Of a DNA stretch of 64,000 bases, positions 50,731-61,627 are shown piece by piece. Under the pieces are notes generated by a model, which did not search any database, was not told the DNA's origin, and worked only from the letters and a program-made list of their open reading frames with translations. The DNA is from Carcharhinus longimanus. Lineage: Eukaryota. A program made the position numbers and the translations under genes. Numbering within the stretch: position 1 is the first letter of the stretch; each line of letters begins with the position of its first letter. The DNA is taken from positions 38,339,376-38,403,375 of the forward strand of contig JASCQW010000032.1 of assembly GCA_030264375.1 (NCBI GenBank), written 5' to 3'.

Positions 50731-52401
50731 GCACAACTCTTGCCACCAAGAATATGGCAAGTACTTCAGAAAGAGAAGCAAGAGGACAGGATGGACTGTG
50801 TATGAACATGTAATTCAACTTCAGTTCTTGTGAATAATGCCACAAATCTTAATTTTTATAACAAGACACCCAAATACTCCACAAAATATTCAGCTAATTA
50901 CTTTTGTGCATTTCCTTTATGTCTGCCTTCTATGTCCCCATGACTATCCTAGTGCTTCAGTATGGTGTTACCTCAGTGACGGTTGCATGAGCGATGGAAG
51001 GTAGGAAATTGCAAACAACCTTGGAGGGCAGTTTTTAGCAGCTCTGGGCCATGGTTCAGACTGCACTGCCTCAGCAATCTGGGCTGACTGGCTTACAAGG
51101 CAGCAGCAAGAGCACTGGCAGGCTGACAGCAATAGAAGTATAAATGCTATCATCCTGAGGGAGTATAGCACTTGTATACTCCCAAGCTATCACTGCTACA
51201 CCACCTCAGCAATCAAGTAAGCTTCTGGAGGACATATTGCCAGACAGTGAGACTCTGCAACCCCTTTGAGCACTGCTGCCTGCAGCCATGTTGGCAGCAC
51301 TCTGAGCCTGCATGGCACCAAATTGGACTTGTTTGGCAATAAGCTGAGATTTCATAACTTCAGTTTGAATTTCCACTGTCGTACTGACATGTTGGGGGCT
51401 TCTGTTTTGCTGCAATGGAAGTCAAAGCATCAGACATCGGACTATGGTTGGGTCTAGAATGTTCTCATGGAATTTGCCACTACTTCCACACTGGAAAGAA
51501 TGGGCTTCAAGCTCTGCACAAAACTCATGCCAAGTTGGATCCATACTTCTGCACATTTCTTAAGGGGTGGCAGCCTTCCTGGCAGGTCTGCTAGTGCTTC
51601 AAGCATTTCTTTCTGCGTGCCAGCTAGCCTTGTTAGATGAGGGTGAAGCATGACTTGAGAAGCTGGGCCATCAGGAGGAACATAATGTCATCCTCAGTGG
51701 ATTAAACCCTGCCACAGGCCCCTGCTTCAGTAACAACTCTTCCACTGGTGGCAAGCACTGTCTCCTCCATGGAGATCAGCACATGCAGTCTTCCCACACT
51801 CCCTTCTCACCCCACCCTGGCAGGTGCCACCTTGTCCTAAGGAGAGAGTAGGAAGTGTGTCATTGAGTGTGGTGCAAAGTGTTTGGATATTGTCTATGCC
51901 ACAGTTGAACAGCTGGCAGAATGTACAAGTTGTGAGATGCAAGTTTGCATCTGCAAGCTGCACAGTCACCTGGAAATATTTAGCTGTAACTCTCAGGCTG
52001 TGCTGCACTTCAATCTGTACTATGCTGAAAATTTGCAGTCCTTCCTCTTGGTTAGCTAGCACTTAACCTGTGGATTTCTTCTATCTTTACAGTGTGGTTC
52101 TCTAACTCCACTTCTTTGTTGTTTTTGCTGCTGGGTGTTCCCATTGTTTGTACAGAGTACCACTTTCTGCCCTTCCTTCTTTTACATAATCAGTTCATAT
52201 CCTTAATCAATTTTTATATGCTGTATATATATTTCAGCTGCATTATTTCAAATTATAAGCACTGCACAGTTACATTATTTGAATTTAATTGTGATACTTT
52301 TAAGTTAATGCCGTAGCTTATTAAGTTGAAGTTTGTTTGTGAGATTACAACCAATTCGCAACATTTTGGTGAAACTGCATTTTTTTAAAAAATACATTTA
52401 G

Positions 52402-52590
52402 ATATGAAGGTTACATGGTATAGTAAGCAGAAGGAGATCAAACAATCGCGATTCTTCAAGATGGTTCAGTTTGAAGATACCTACCAACTGGAAGTTGCTG
52501 AAGCATACCCGGAGGATGAAGGAATGTATAAATGTGTAGCATCCAACTCCGCTGGAGAGGTGTCGTGCACTGCTAACTTAAAACTGGAAG
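52402..52590 (+). CDS. ttn: titin exon 44, Ig I15 C-part
   Basis: MKVTWYSKQKEIKQSRFFKMVQFEDTYQLEVAEAYPEDEG. Confidence 0.96.
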
Positions 52591-53315
52591 GTAAATTAAT
52601 GCATTCTTTATTTTGGCTTTATATGCTACATATTACATTATTTTTACATTTCTCTTTTCCTGGTCTGAATTTTGAAGCATATTCCTGCCTGTGGTTATTT
52701 CCATTGTTTGGTAATGGTTGACATTGCCTGTGGCATTCATTTTTACACTTTAGCACCATTGGGCCAGCAAGCGTGTTCACTTTTTACGAAAGCATGTGCA
52801 TTTTGTGCTTGCATTGCTGAACACCATTCCACCTTGTCTCTGTATCTGCCATTGGTTGAAGCATTTTCATCCGTAATAGACTTCATCAAGCAACTCATCT
52901 AGTCTACATTTGTTTCCAAACCTGTAATAACTCATGGCCAGTTCTTTCATCCGCCTCTAAGGTAAACAACTGAGGCTACCAGCTGTGCACTGTGGAATGC
53001 CACTATAACACGATTATACTTACTAAAATAAATTTCTTTTGTAAACAACATAATATGTTACAACTGTAAATTTATTCAGCAATAAAGCATTGTACTTCAT
53101 CATTTTGTTTGGATTTTCTTGTTAGATCTCCTCTTGCAGTGGCTTCAATTTTAAGATATTTTCAGTAAACTATAAAATAAGATGAAAGTTTTCATCAAAT
53201 GCACCCAACTACCTCAACCATACAAAGGCACACTAATTTTTAAATGACAAGTATGTGCCTTGACTTTTAATTTATAATGCCAGTCATACAGTGCAAAACC
53301 TGATTTCCTTTCCAG

Positions 53316-53592
53316 GATATAGAAAGGTCGATTACATCAAAGACATCATATGTCTACGTTTGGCTCTTCTGAAGAAGCAACATGAGTCCAAATGCCTTTC
53401 TTTAGTGTGTGCATTTTAAGTAGGCAAGTGCACATTGGGCCGGCAAGCATATTATATGCAATAGTGTCTGTTGGTCCCAAACCAAAGATCCAAGGATTGC
53501 ATAATGGACAGTTAATCAAGCCAAGAAAAGTTCTGGTGCTTCATTTTGATAGTCTAAGAACAACAGTATACTTATTACTGATGCAAGAATAA
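53316..53592 (+). pseudogene. ttn: degenerate Novex-1 (exon 45) pseudoexon
   Basis: Acceptor ttcctttccag; QMPFF..QVHIG..AIVSVGPKPKIQGLHNGQLIKPRKVLVLHFD resembles recalled Novex-1 Ig; two frameshifts, C-terminal half missing. Confidence 0.75.
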
Positions 53593-54120
53593 AATTAGGA
53601 TTTCCTTGGTATAGTTCTTGTTAACTGACTTAGCAATTTCAGCAAAGTACAGCCCACATTGGGCAATATAAATATGGAAAGCATAAATAAACTATACTGG
53701 CAAAAAAAATCTAATAGTGCTCTACTTACAGTAAACAATTTACCCTCTGACTAGATATTTGCTGTAATCCTTCCAAATAGTATATTTTTTGATTTTGCAC
53801 TTCATATCACCTCATGTTTCTAAAATCTGATTCCTTTAACACACAATTTAGAAGCCTTTCATCTTCATCTTCATCTGGAACATTTGCAAGAGAAGAACTA
53901 AATCTTCATTTTGTTCAATGAATGCCATTTTCTCCCATGGAATTTTGCAGATTTTATTGAGGAAAAGGAATTGGGAGTTTTTCTCAATCAAGTGAATTGC
54001 ACCTCTTTAGCATGTGGTGAGCATGCTGGGTTGCCCGTTGGACAACATGAGCTGTTGCTTTGATTATTTTGTCAGTCATGATTTAATATCATGATTAATA
54101 CTTTGTCTTTTGTTACTCAG

Positions 54121-55005
54121 ATTACAAAGTGCAAAGCATAGATAGTCAGAGCATAACAACTTCTGGAAAAGCTGTAGAGGAATCCATCGCTTCAAAGACT
54201 TTTGAAGTATCAGAAATGCATGTGGAGTCCCCTGTGACCTTAACGCATACAAAGAACTATACCAAGGAAATCAGTTTGCAGCAAGAACATACATACAGTG
54301 TTCAGACATTTGAAAGTATTTCCATGAGTTCATCAAGCAAAACAGTTTCCTCTGGAAGTTGGGAAGAATGCCAAAAAGTTGCCAAGACGGAAACAGTTAG
54401 AAGTGGCTGTCAAAGTTCGCCAAAAATCTTGCAAGATCTGAATGATGTCACAGTTTTGTTAGGTCAAACTGCATCTCTAAAATGTCAAATTCTAGCATTG
54501 CCAAGACCTGAAATAAAATGGTATAGAGAAGATCAAGAACTTGTGGAAGTTAAGAGAATTAAAATTGTTTCTATAACAGAAGATGAAGTTTTGACATCAT
54601 CTGAATTAATTATAGAACAGATCCAAGAAGAAGACACAGGAATTTATAAATGTAAAGCTACAAATCCTTTTGGCGAAGTTAAATGCAAAGCCGAAATAAT
54701 TGTTACTGCAGCCAAACCTGCCCTTGAGGTTCCCCTGATTCTCCTTGAACTTAGTGATCTAAAGGTGAAGGTTGGCCAGATGGCACAGTTCATCTGTTCT
54801 TTTAGCGGGGAATCTTTTACAGAGGTCATATGGCGTCACGGAAGCACAAGACTGGAAGAATCACGAAGACTGAAGATTTCTCAGAATGGAAATGTTATGT
54901 CTCTCACTATCCTAAATGTGCACTTAGAGGATCAGGGACAGTACAGCTGTACTACAAGAAATGAAAGTGGTGAAAAGAAGACTACTGCTATACTAATTGT
55001 AGAAG
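54121..55005 (+). CDS. ttn: Novex-2-like exon (exon 46) with two Ig domains
   Basis: 885 nt, phase 1-1; VQSIDSQ, YSVQTFESIS, EESRRLKISQNGNVMSLTI match recalled Novex-2. Confidence 0.9.
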
Positions 55006-55296
55006 GTGGTTGTTTATTATTTTATTTACAAACAGCATCCTGATCCATCCACTTGATGTTTCTGTTCCAAAATAAGTTTGGTACCTTTTTAAGAAGATCC
55101 TAAATTTACTTATTAATAGTAAAATGTTCAGTTTAAAATGTTTAGCTAGTGATTTATACAAACCTTAACACTAGACAGACCAAGTCTGCATGAATTATTG
55201 CAAACGTTGCCTCTTGCTGTTATAATTTTTTCAAGTATTTACTTTGCTGAAATTATTAAATCAGTTAACATTTATCCTAATTTTATTCTTGCATAG

Positions 55297-55812
55297 CTGA
55301 AGAATCAAAACCCAAAACAGGTGCAAAAATTCCCACTGATAGCAGTTCAGATAGCACAATAACTGAACAAAGACCACATATCACACCTGATAGCACACCA
55401 GAAGTACAAAAGAAACCATCAAGTCCACCACCGTCTTCAACCAAAAGGCCAACTGGAAAATAGAAGCTACGAAGCCGAGACTATTATCCTGATGTGGTGC
55501 CCTTTGACGAATTGATAGACACTGGAGCCATAGCACCGATGTTCTTAGAAAAGCTACCTCCAGAAATCATTGTACAAGATGGAGAAGATGTTTTGTTGTT
55601 CTGCATCGTAAAAGGTGTACCATCACCTTGTGTACTTTGGCTGTGCAACCAACGCATAGTTGAAGAATCTTCATTGTGTTCCATTAAACATGATGGGTTA
55701 CTATGCAGTTTAAAAATGCAAAATGTCTGCCAAAGGCACAGTGGCACTTATTCATGCAAAGCGGTTAACTCTGCTGGAGAAACAGCGTGCAACACTCTAC
55801 TTAGAGTGACAG
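55297..55812 (+). CDS. ttn: extra Novex-like exon: S/T/P linker + Ig domain, with in-frame TAG at 55461-55463
   Basis: 516 nt, phase 1-1, acceptor ttgcatag, donor AG|gttggc; APMFLEKLP...FC.VKGVPSP..W...HSGTYSCKAVNSAGE. Confidence 0.7.
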
Positions 55813-56240
55813 GTTGGCAATTGCATGCTTTGGTCCTTCCCAATGTGACTTTATCATGCATCTCAGCACATCCTATGGAAAGATTCTTTGCAGAAAATCA
55901 TCTTGTTGACCTGCGGATTATTGCATTCATTTTTCCTGAAATCAGATTAGGCATGTTGAGGCATGTTTGTTGTTTCGATACAGAGCAAAATGGAGAATGA
56001 TTTTTTTTTACAAAACCCTGGATTGCCTGAATTATCTTTATGATTCAGTCAACCAGTTGCTTGGTAAATCCTTCTAGAAATCACAATTAGCGAATATATT
56101 TAATTTTTTGCATGTATGTTTTGTATGTCTTTGCATATTAAATGTATTTTGAGTTTCATTTTCCTTTTTGCATATTTTATTTTGTGGGGAAAAACAGTGA
56201 TACATTCTTATAATTATATTCAATATTCATTTTCATGCAG

Positions 56241-56288
56241 AAAAGATTCAAGACAAGATTGAACAACAGATAGAAATGGAAGTGAGAG
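56241..56288 (+). CDS. ttn: titin exon 47 micro-exon
   Basis: EKIQDKIEQQIEMEVR resembles recalled ERIEQEIEMEMK; 48 nt phase 1-1. Confidence 0.92.
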
Positions 56289-57547
56289 GTAATACTTTTA
56301 TTATTATTCAATAAACAATTATTTAACTTTGCATTTAATGCTAGGTTTGAACAACTGCTATCAACTTTGATATTTTGCCATCATGATAAGTTGTGCTGTG
56401 TTACAAAGTATTAAAAAATTACACGTTGTCTATGCCAATCTGATTTACAAACCCAACTTCTTGTTGTCATTCTCATTTTGACCTAAACAAAAAAACCCTT
56501 TAACATCAAAAATATTTACTTTGCAGGAAATGTTATTTTTTAACCAGTATTAGTTCCTCATATTTCTGCTGAATTTCAATTTGAAATTGCTCATTGTCAT
56601 AATTGATACACTGCAAAAGGGATATATAGAGTTACATTCAGTAAGTTGTATTCTAACATGAATTATGTAATGAGAAGTGGTTAAATGAACTCTCAACTAT
56701 CTGTCGTTCAATGATTGAATGCTGGAAATATATATTTTAGTGGTGATTACTTGAATCAGTACTTTTGTTGCTCTCATTTACTTCTGATTTTCCAATAAAT
56801 TTTTCGATAAAGAACTCACAGGCAATATTTCATAAAGGAACTTTGACGAGGGTCTTTTCCATTTTTAGCATTCATTTTCTTTCATTTTCATGACATCAAC
56901 CTATCCTCATGTATTTACACTGCCTTGCAGATAGCAGTATGTGTTCACGTACGCTGGCATTTTTTTGCATAATATTGTGAATCTAGCAACTATATTAGTT
57001 CGAATAAACGCCTTCTCATGCAAATTGGAAGGATTACAGTTATGGATGAATTTATTTCCATCTATTGATTCCAATTCTAAAAACAATCTCTATCAAACTG
57101 GCTGAAAAATTTACCTGTTGTTGAAAAAGGATCAGAAAGGGCGTTTATTCTGCTGTCTGCAAGTCAGGTAAGAATTGTAATAACCTAGATATCCCCAAAT
57201 CACAGGGACAGATTTTACATTCAAAAATAAGAAAATTCTTTCATGAGATCACTTTATGCTTTTTTCAAAATATACACTCTAATTTGATTTTTGAGAAGAA
57301 ATTGCAACAGTCTGAAGAAGGAACAAAGAACGAGCGATTTTCCTGCTCAGAATCTTTAAAAAGAAAATGGTCTTGTGTTTATTCGAACAAATATGGTGAG
57401 TGAATTTTTTACAATATTTGTGAAAAAGCTGATGCATTAAGTTCATCATTTCATCATATTACAGATTTGTTCTAAATTTAAATTCTTATAATGTTTTGAA
57501 CTGGCTTTTAAGAAACTTCATACAAATTATTTCTTTTTTTTTTGCAG

Positions 57548-60500
57548 AGTTGTTTTTTGGTGCTGGGACAGAATATTTGGAAAATCGAGAAAACCTGCGT
57601 GATGCATTTTCGGATGCCGAAGATTATTTAGATCAGGGAATGNNNNNNNNNNNNNNNNNNNNNNNNNNNNNNNNNNNNNNNNNNNNNNGGTCTGAGAATT
57701 TCAGGCCATCTTTCACTGAAAAGCTCAAATTCAAATCCGTAATGGAAGGAGAACAAGCTATTTTTAAATGCAAGTTGGTTGCCAGCCCAGCACCAAAAAT
57801 TGCATGGTTTCATAACAACAGACCTATATGTAAAGATTCAAGAAGGATTATTAAAATAGAAAGCGTAATGCACATTCACAACTCAAGTTTGGAAATCAAT
57901 AATGTAGAAGAGAAAGATTCAGGGAGTTACAAAATATTTGCAATAAACTCTGAGGGCTCAACAGAGGCAACTGCATCTTTACTCATTGCACTTAAAGAAG
58001 AGCAAAATGCAAACTATCTGAGCTTTCTGAAAAGATCAGAGATGGTTCACGAAAGTATAGACTCATTAGTTAAGAAGCGGGATGCAAGACTTAGAGTTGA
58101 TCTCAGACATGTTGGATCACCCTTTGATAAGAAATATCAGGTTCAAGGAGCTTTGCGTAAACATTCAAATTCTAAAAGCAAACTGATGCGTACAATGTAT
58201 TTTGAAAGAACACCAATAAGGCATTATCTGTATAAGGACAGATCTGCAGAAATACAGTCATCTAGATTATCAGGGAGGGTTCTCGATAAGAATAGTTTGA
58301 TTGATGAAGATATTAAAATTAAACTGCAGCTTTTACGTGAAGCTAAAAGGAAAAAAAGATTTTCTCTTGCATTCTCTGAAGCTTCATTTGATCTGGGCAC
58401 TGCATCGGTTGAAGACAATCTGAAGTATAATTTTGCATATTTAGACAGGGAGCGCAGCAGAAGTATGGGAGATATTGATCACATGGATTTTGAACCTAGT
58501 AAGTCTTATTTTGTGCAAGGACAGGAGCTGTCTTCTGGTGACTATTTCCAGAGAGAGTCTCCTGAATTTCAGTGTCGAATGGAGCGGGTATCAGGACTTT
58601 CTCCACAGGAAGTAGAACCACAAAGAGACCTGAAAGAAAATTTTACTGAAGAGTCTTCCAAAACAAACGTCATAAAGTCATTACCAGAGCAATTTCTGAA
58701 AGGTAGTTTAATTCAAGAAACAGAACAAGCACAGCAAAGTCAGTACTGGTTGGAAGAAGAGGAAACCGATGAATGCTATTTTCAGAAGCAATTTGATGAA
58801 AGAGAAGAACCACAGAGTGAACCTTGTGAAGAACCACAGACATTCTCTGACCAGTGGCTTGGAGGCTTTATTAGTATGCAAAGGGACGTAATAGCAAAGG
58901 GGCCTGGAGAGTTGTTTGAGCCTCCCACACCAGCAGTTAAAGAAACACCAATAATTCAAGAAGCAGCACAGCCTGAAGCCAGTGTTGAATATCCAGAGAT
59001 TTTACTGAAGGAAAAAGAATTCTGTCTGTTTGACAGAACACCAATAAAGCAAACTCCAGTGGAATTTAAAGAATGTCCAAGTAAATCAGAGTTGAAGGAA
59101 GACCATGAGATATTTTCTGACCAGTGGTCTGAAAGTTTGGTCAGTGTGCAGAACTCATTAGCAAAGGGACCTGAAAAGAACCAGTCAATGNNNNNNNNNN
59201 NNNNAGCAACTGAGATAAGTGGATCCAGATTTGGTGAACAAGATGACGTGGTGAAAGAATCTACACAAAAACAGATGCCTTCTCCTTTAATAGAAGAAAA
59301 AGAAGCCTCCACTCTTTTCAGAACATCATTTGATGATAACACTATGGAAATAAGCAAAATTTCATGCAGAGTTGAAGACGAAGAAGACCCCAATGCACCT
59401 TTTGACAGATGGTCTGGGAATGTCTTAGTAAAACAGGGGTTTGGATTTGACCACGTAATCATTGATCCAACAAAATCCACTTCCGAGGAAAGTGAGATCA
59501 GTGTCTCTAAAATCAACCAAAAAGCAGCACAATTTGAAAATGAAGATTATACCCAGATGATAACACCCTCTACTTTGCCAGAGAAAATAGAAACCTCAGA
59601 ATTTGTCAGTTCCTTGGTGAAAGAAATACCAAAAGAGGTGAAGCATATTCCATTTAAATCTGACAAGGTGAACTATGGGACATCTGTGGAACATTGGCCT
59701 GAGAGATTCATTAGTGTACCCAGTGACTTACTAACTCAAAAACCTGAAGATGGTCATAAAATATCTGACCAACCTGCATCAGCAGCCAGGCAGGCAGAGG
59801 TAGTTAGTATGTCCAAAATCAGGCATAAAACCCCACAAGATGAAGCACAGTTTACAGATTCCAACCATGTTGTGAGACATTCTCCCCTGATAGCAAAAAC
59901 AAAAGAAACATCAACTTTTACTAGAACAGTGATAAAACAAACTCCAGAGGATATAAAAGAACCTCCATATAAATCTGATGTTGAAGAAGAACATGAGTCA
60001 CCTTTTGATAAAAGGCATGGAAGATTTATTTGTGTGGAGAAAGACTTTCCAGCAACAAAATATGAAGATAGCCATAAAATCCCACTGACTGATAAAGGCA
60101 GATCAACAGTAGATCATGCAGAGGTGATTGATTTATCTAAACTCAGTGAAAAAGAGCAGCATAAAGGCAAGGTTGAAGAATTCACTACAATACTAAGACC
60201 TTGCATACCAGAAAAGAAAGAAACTTCAATATTTGTCAGTTCACCCACAAGTAAAAGAGCAACAAAAATAAGAGAACCTCCATATAAACCTGAAGTGAAG
60301 GATAGTCACCAGATACCTCCAGAGCAATTTGTCGGAGGTTCTGTTGGTCTGATGAGGGATTTTGTAACTGAAAAGTGTGAAGATACCAATGGAACAACCA
60401 ATAGGCCCATACCATTACTCGAACAAATAGAGACAACTAGCATATCTAAAATCAGTCAAAAAGAGTCACACCCTGTAGGTATGGCTACAAGCACCACCCA

Positions 60501-61519
60501 GATAATACACATAGAACCAGACAGCAAAATTGAATCAAGCTTTTTCATTTCTTTGAAGAAAGAAACAGCAATGGATTCCCCAAAAGAACCTGCATATGAA
60601 TTTGGACATATGGAAGATCATGGAACAGCAGATGACCGACAGGCTAGCTTTCTAACTGAGAAACCTGAAGAGAGTCATGAAATGTATAACCAACCTAAAT
60701 TTGCAGAAACACAGGCTGAGATGGTTAGTGTAGCTAAAATCAAACAAAAAGAGCCACAATACGAAGCAAAGATTGTGCATTCCACACGGATGGTGAAGCC
60801 GCCTTCTTTATCAGATGAAATGGAAACTTCAACTTATTTAAGTTCATTGAAAAAGCCAACTCCAATAGACAAAATAGAATCTCTTGAAAAAGCAGAAATT
60901 AAGGAAGACCCTGAGACAGCTGTTGAAAGTTTTGCCATTATGCACAGAGACTTCCTGACAGAGAACCTGGAAGGTGACCATGGAATACTTGATCAATTAG
61001 CAGATAGAGATATAGCAAAGATTAGCACATCTGAAATTAGTCAGAAAGAATCACAACAAGAATGGAAAGTTAAATGTTCTACCCAAACAGTGAGACCTTC
61101 TCCTTCAACAGAGGAAAATAAAACTTCAAATTTCTTCAGTTCATTAGTGGATGAGACACCAATACAAATACAAGAACATCAAAATAATTTTTTAGCTACC
61201 AAAGAATCTCCAAAACAAGAGCCTCCGACAATTAAACATTGCCCACCTGAATTTCTCCATCATGTTGCATCTACCAAAATTAAGCAAGGAGTCTTGTGTG
61301 TGCTTGAGTGCCAATTTCAAGGACACCCACAACCTACTGTAACTTGGTACAAGGATGAACGCCCAATTCAACGAAATATGGGCTATACTATTCACTCCAT
61401 GGAAAACCAATCTACATTGAGTATTGGATGCACATGCAAAGAAAATGAAGGAGTATATACATGTGTAATATTCAACCAATATGGAACTGCAAGTACATCT
61501 GGCAGCCTTACGATACAAG
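57548..61519 (+). CDS. ttn: Novex-3 (exon 48) part 1: Ig, long unique/repeat region, Ig
   Basis: RDAFSDAED, FRPSFTEKLKFKSVMEGE, WFHNNRPI, RVDLRHVGSPF; donor AAG|gtaaga; contains two small N gaps. Confidence 0.93.
58800..61200 (+). repeat. degenerate ~270-320 nt (~90-105 aa) coding repeat, about 8 copies
   Basis: Recurring SKIxQKE..Q, ETSxFxSSLxKxTP, EDH..D/E, DFLTEKxE motifs. Confidence 0.75.
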
Positions 61520-61627
61520 GTAAGATTCTTAATGCTTTATTTATGAAATTATTTTCTTAAATATGTTTTTGCAACATATTTTATGAATGATGACTTCAGA
61601 TTAATGAAAAATATTTTTATTTTCCAG

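Noticed and set aside
55461-55466. Rescue of the TAG by an internal acceptor or selenocysteine
   Set aside because: Acceptors at TAG| or AAG| give the wrong phase and lack a pyrimidine tract; the codon is UAG, not UGA
58956-59516. 186-aa antisense ORF in Novex-3
   Set aside because: No recognisable features; shadow of a long sense exon
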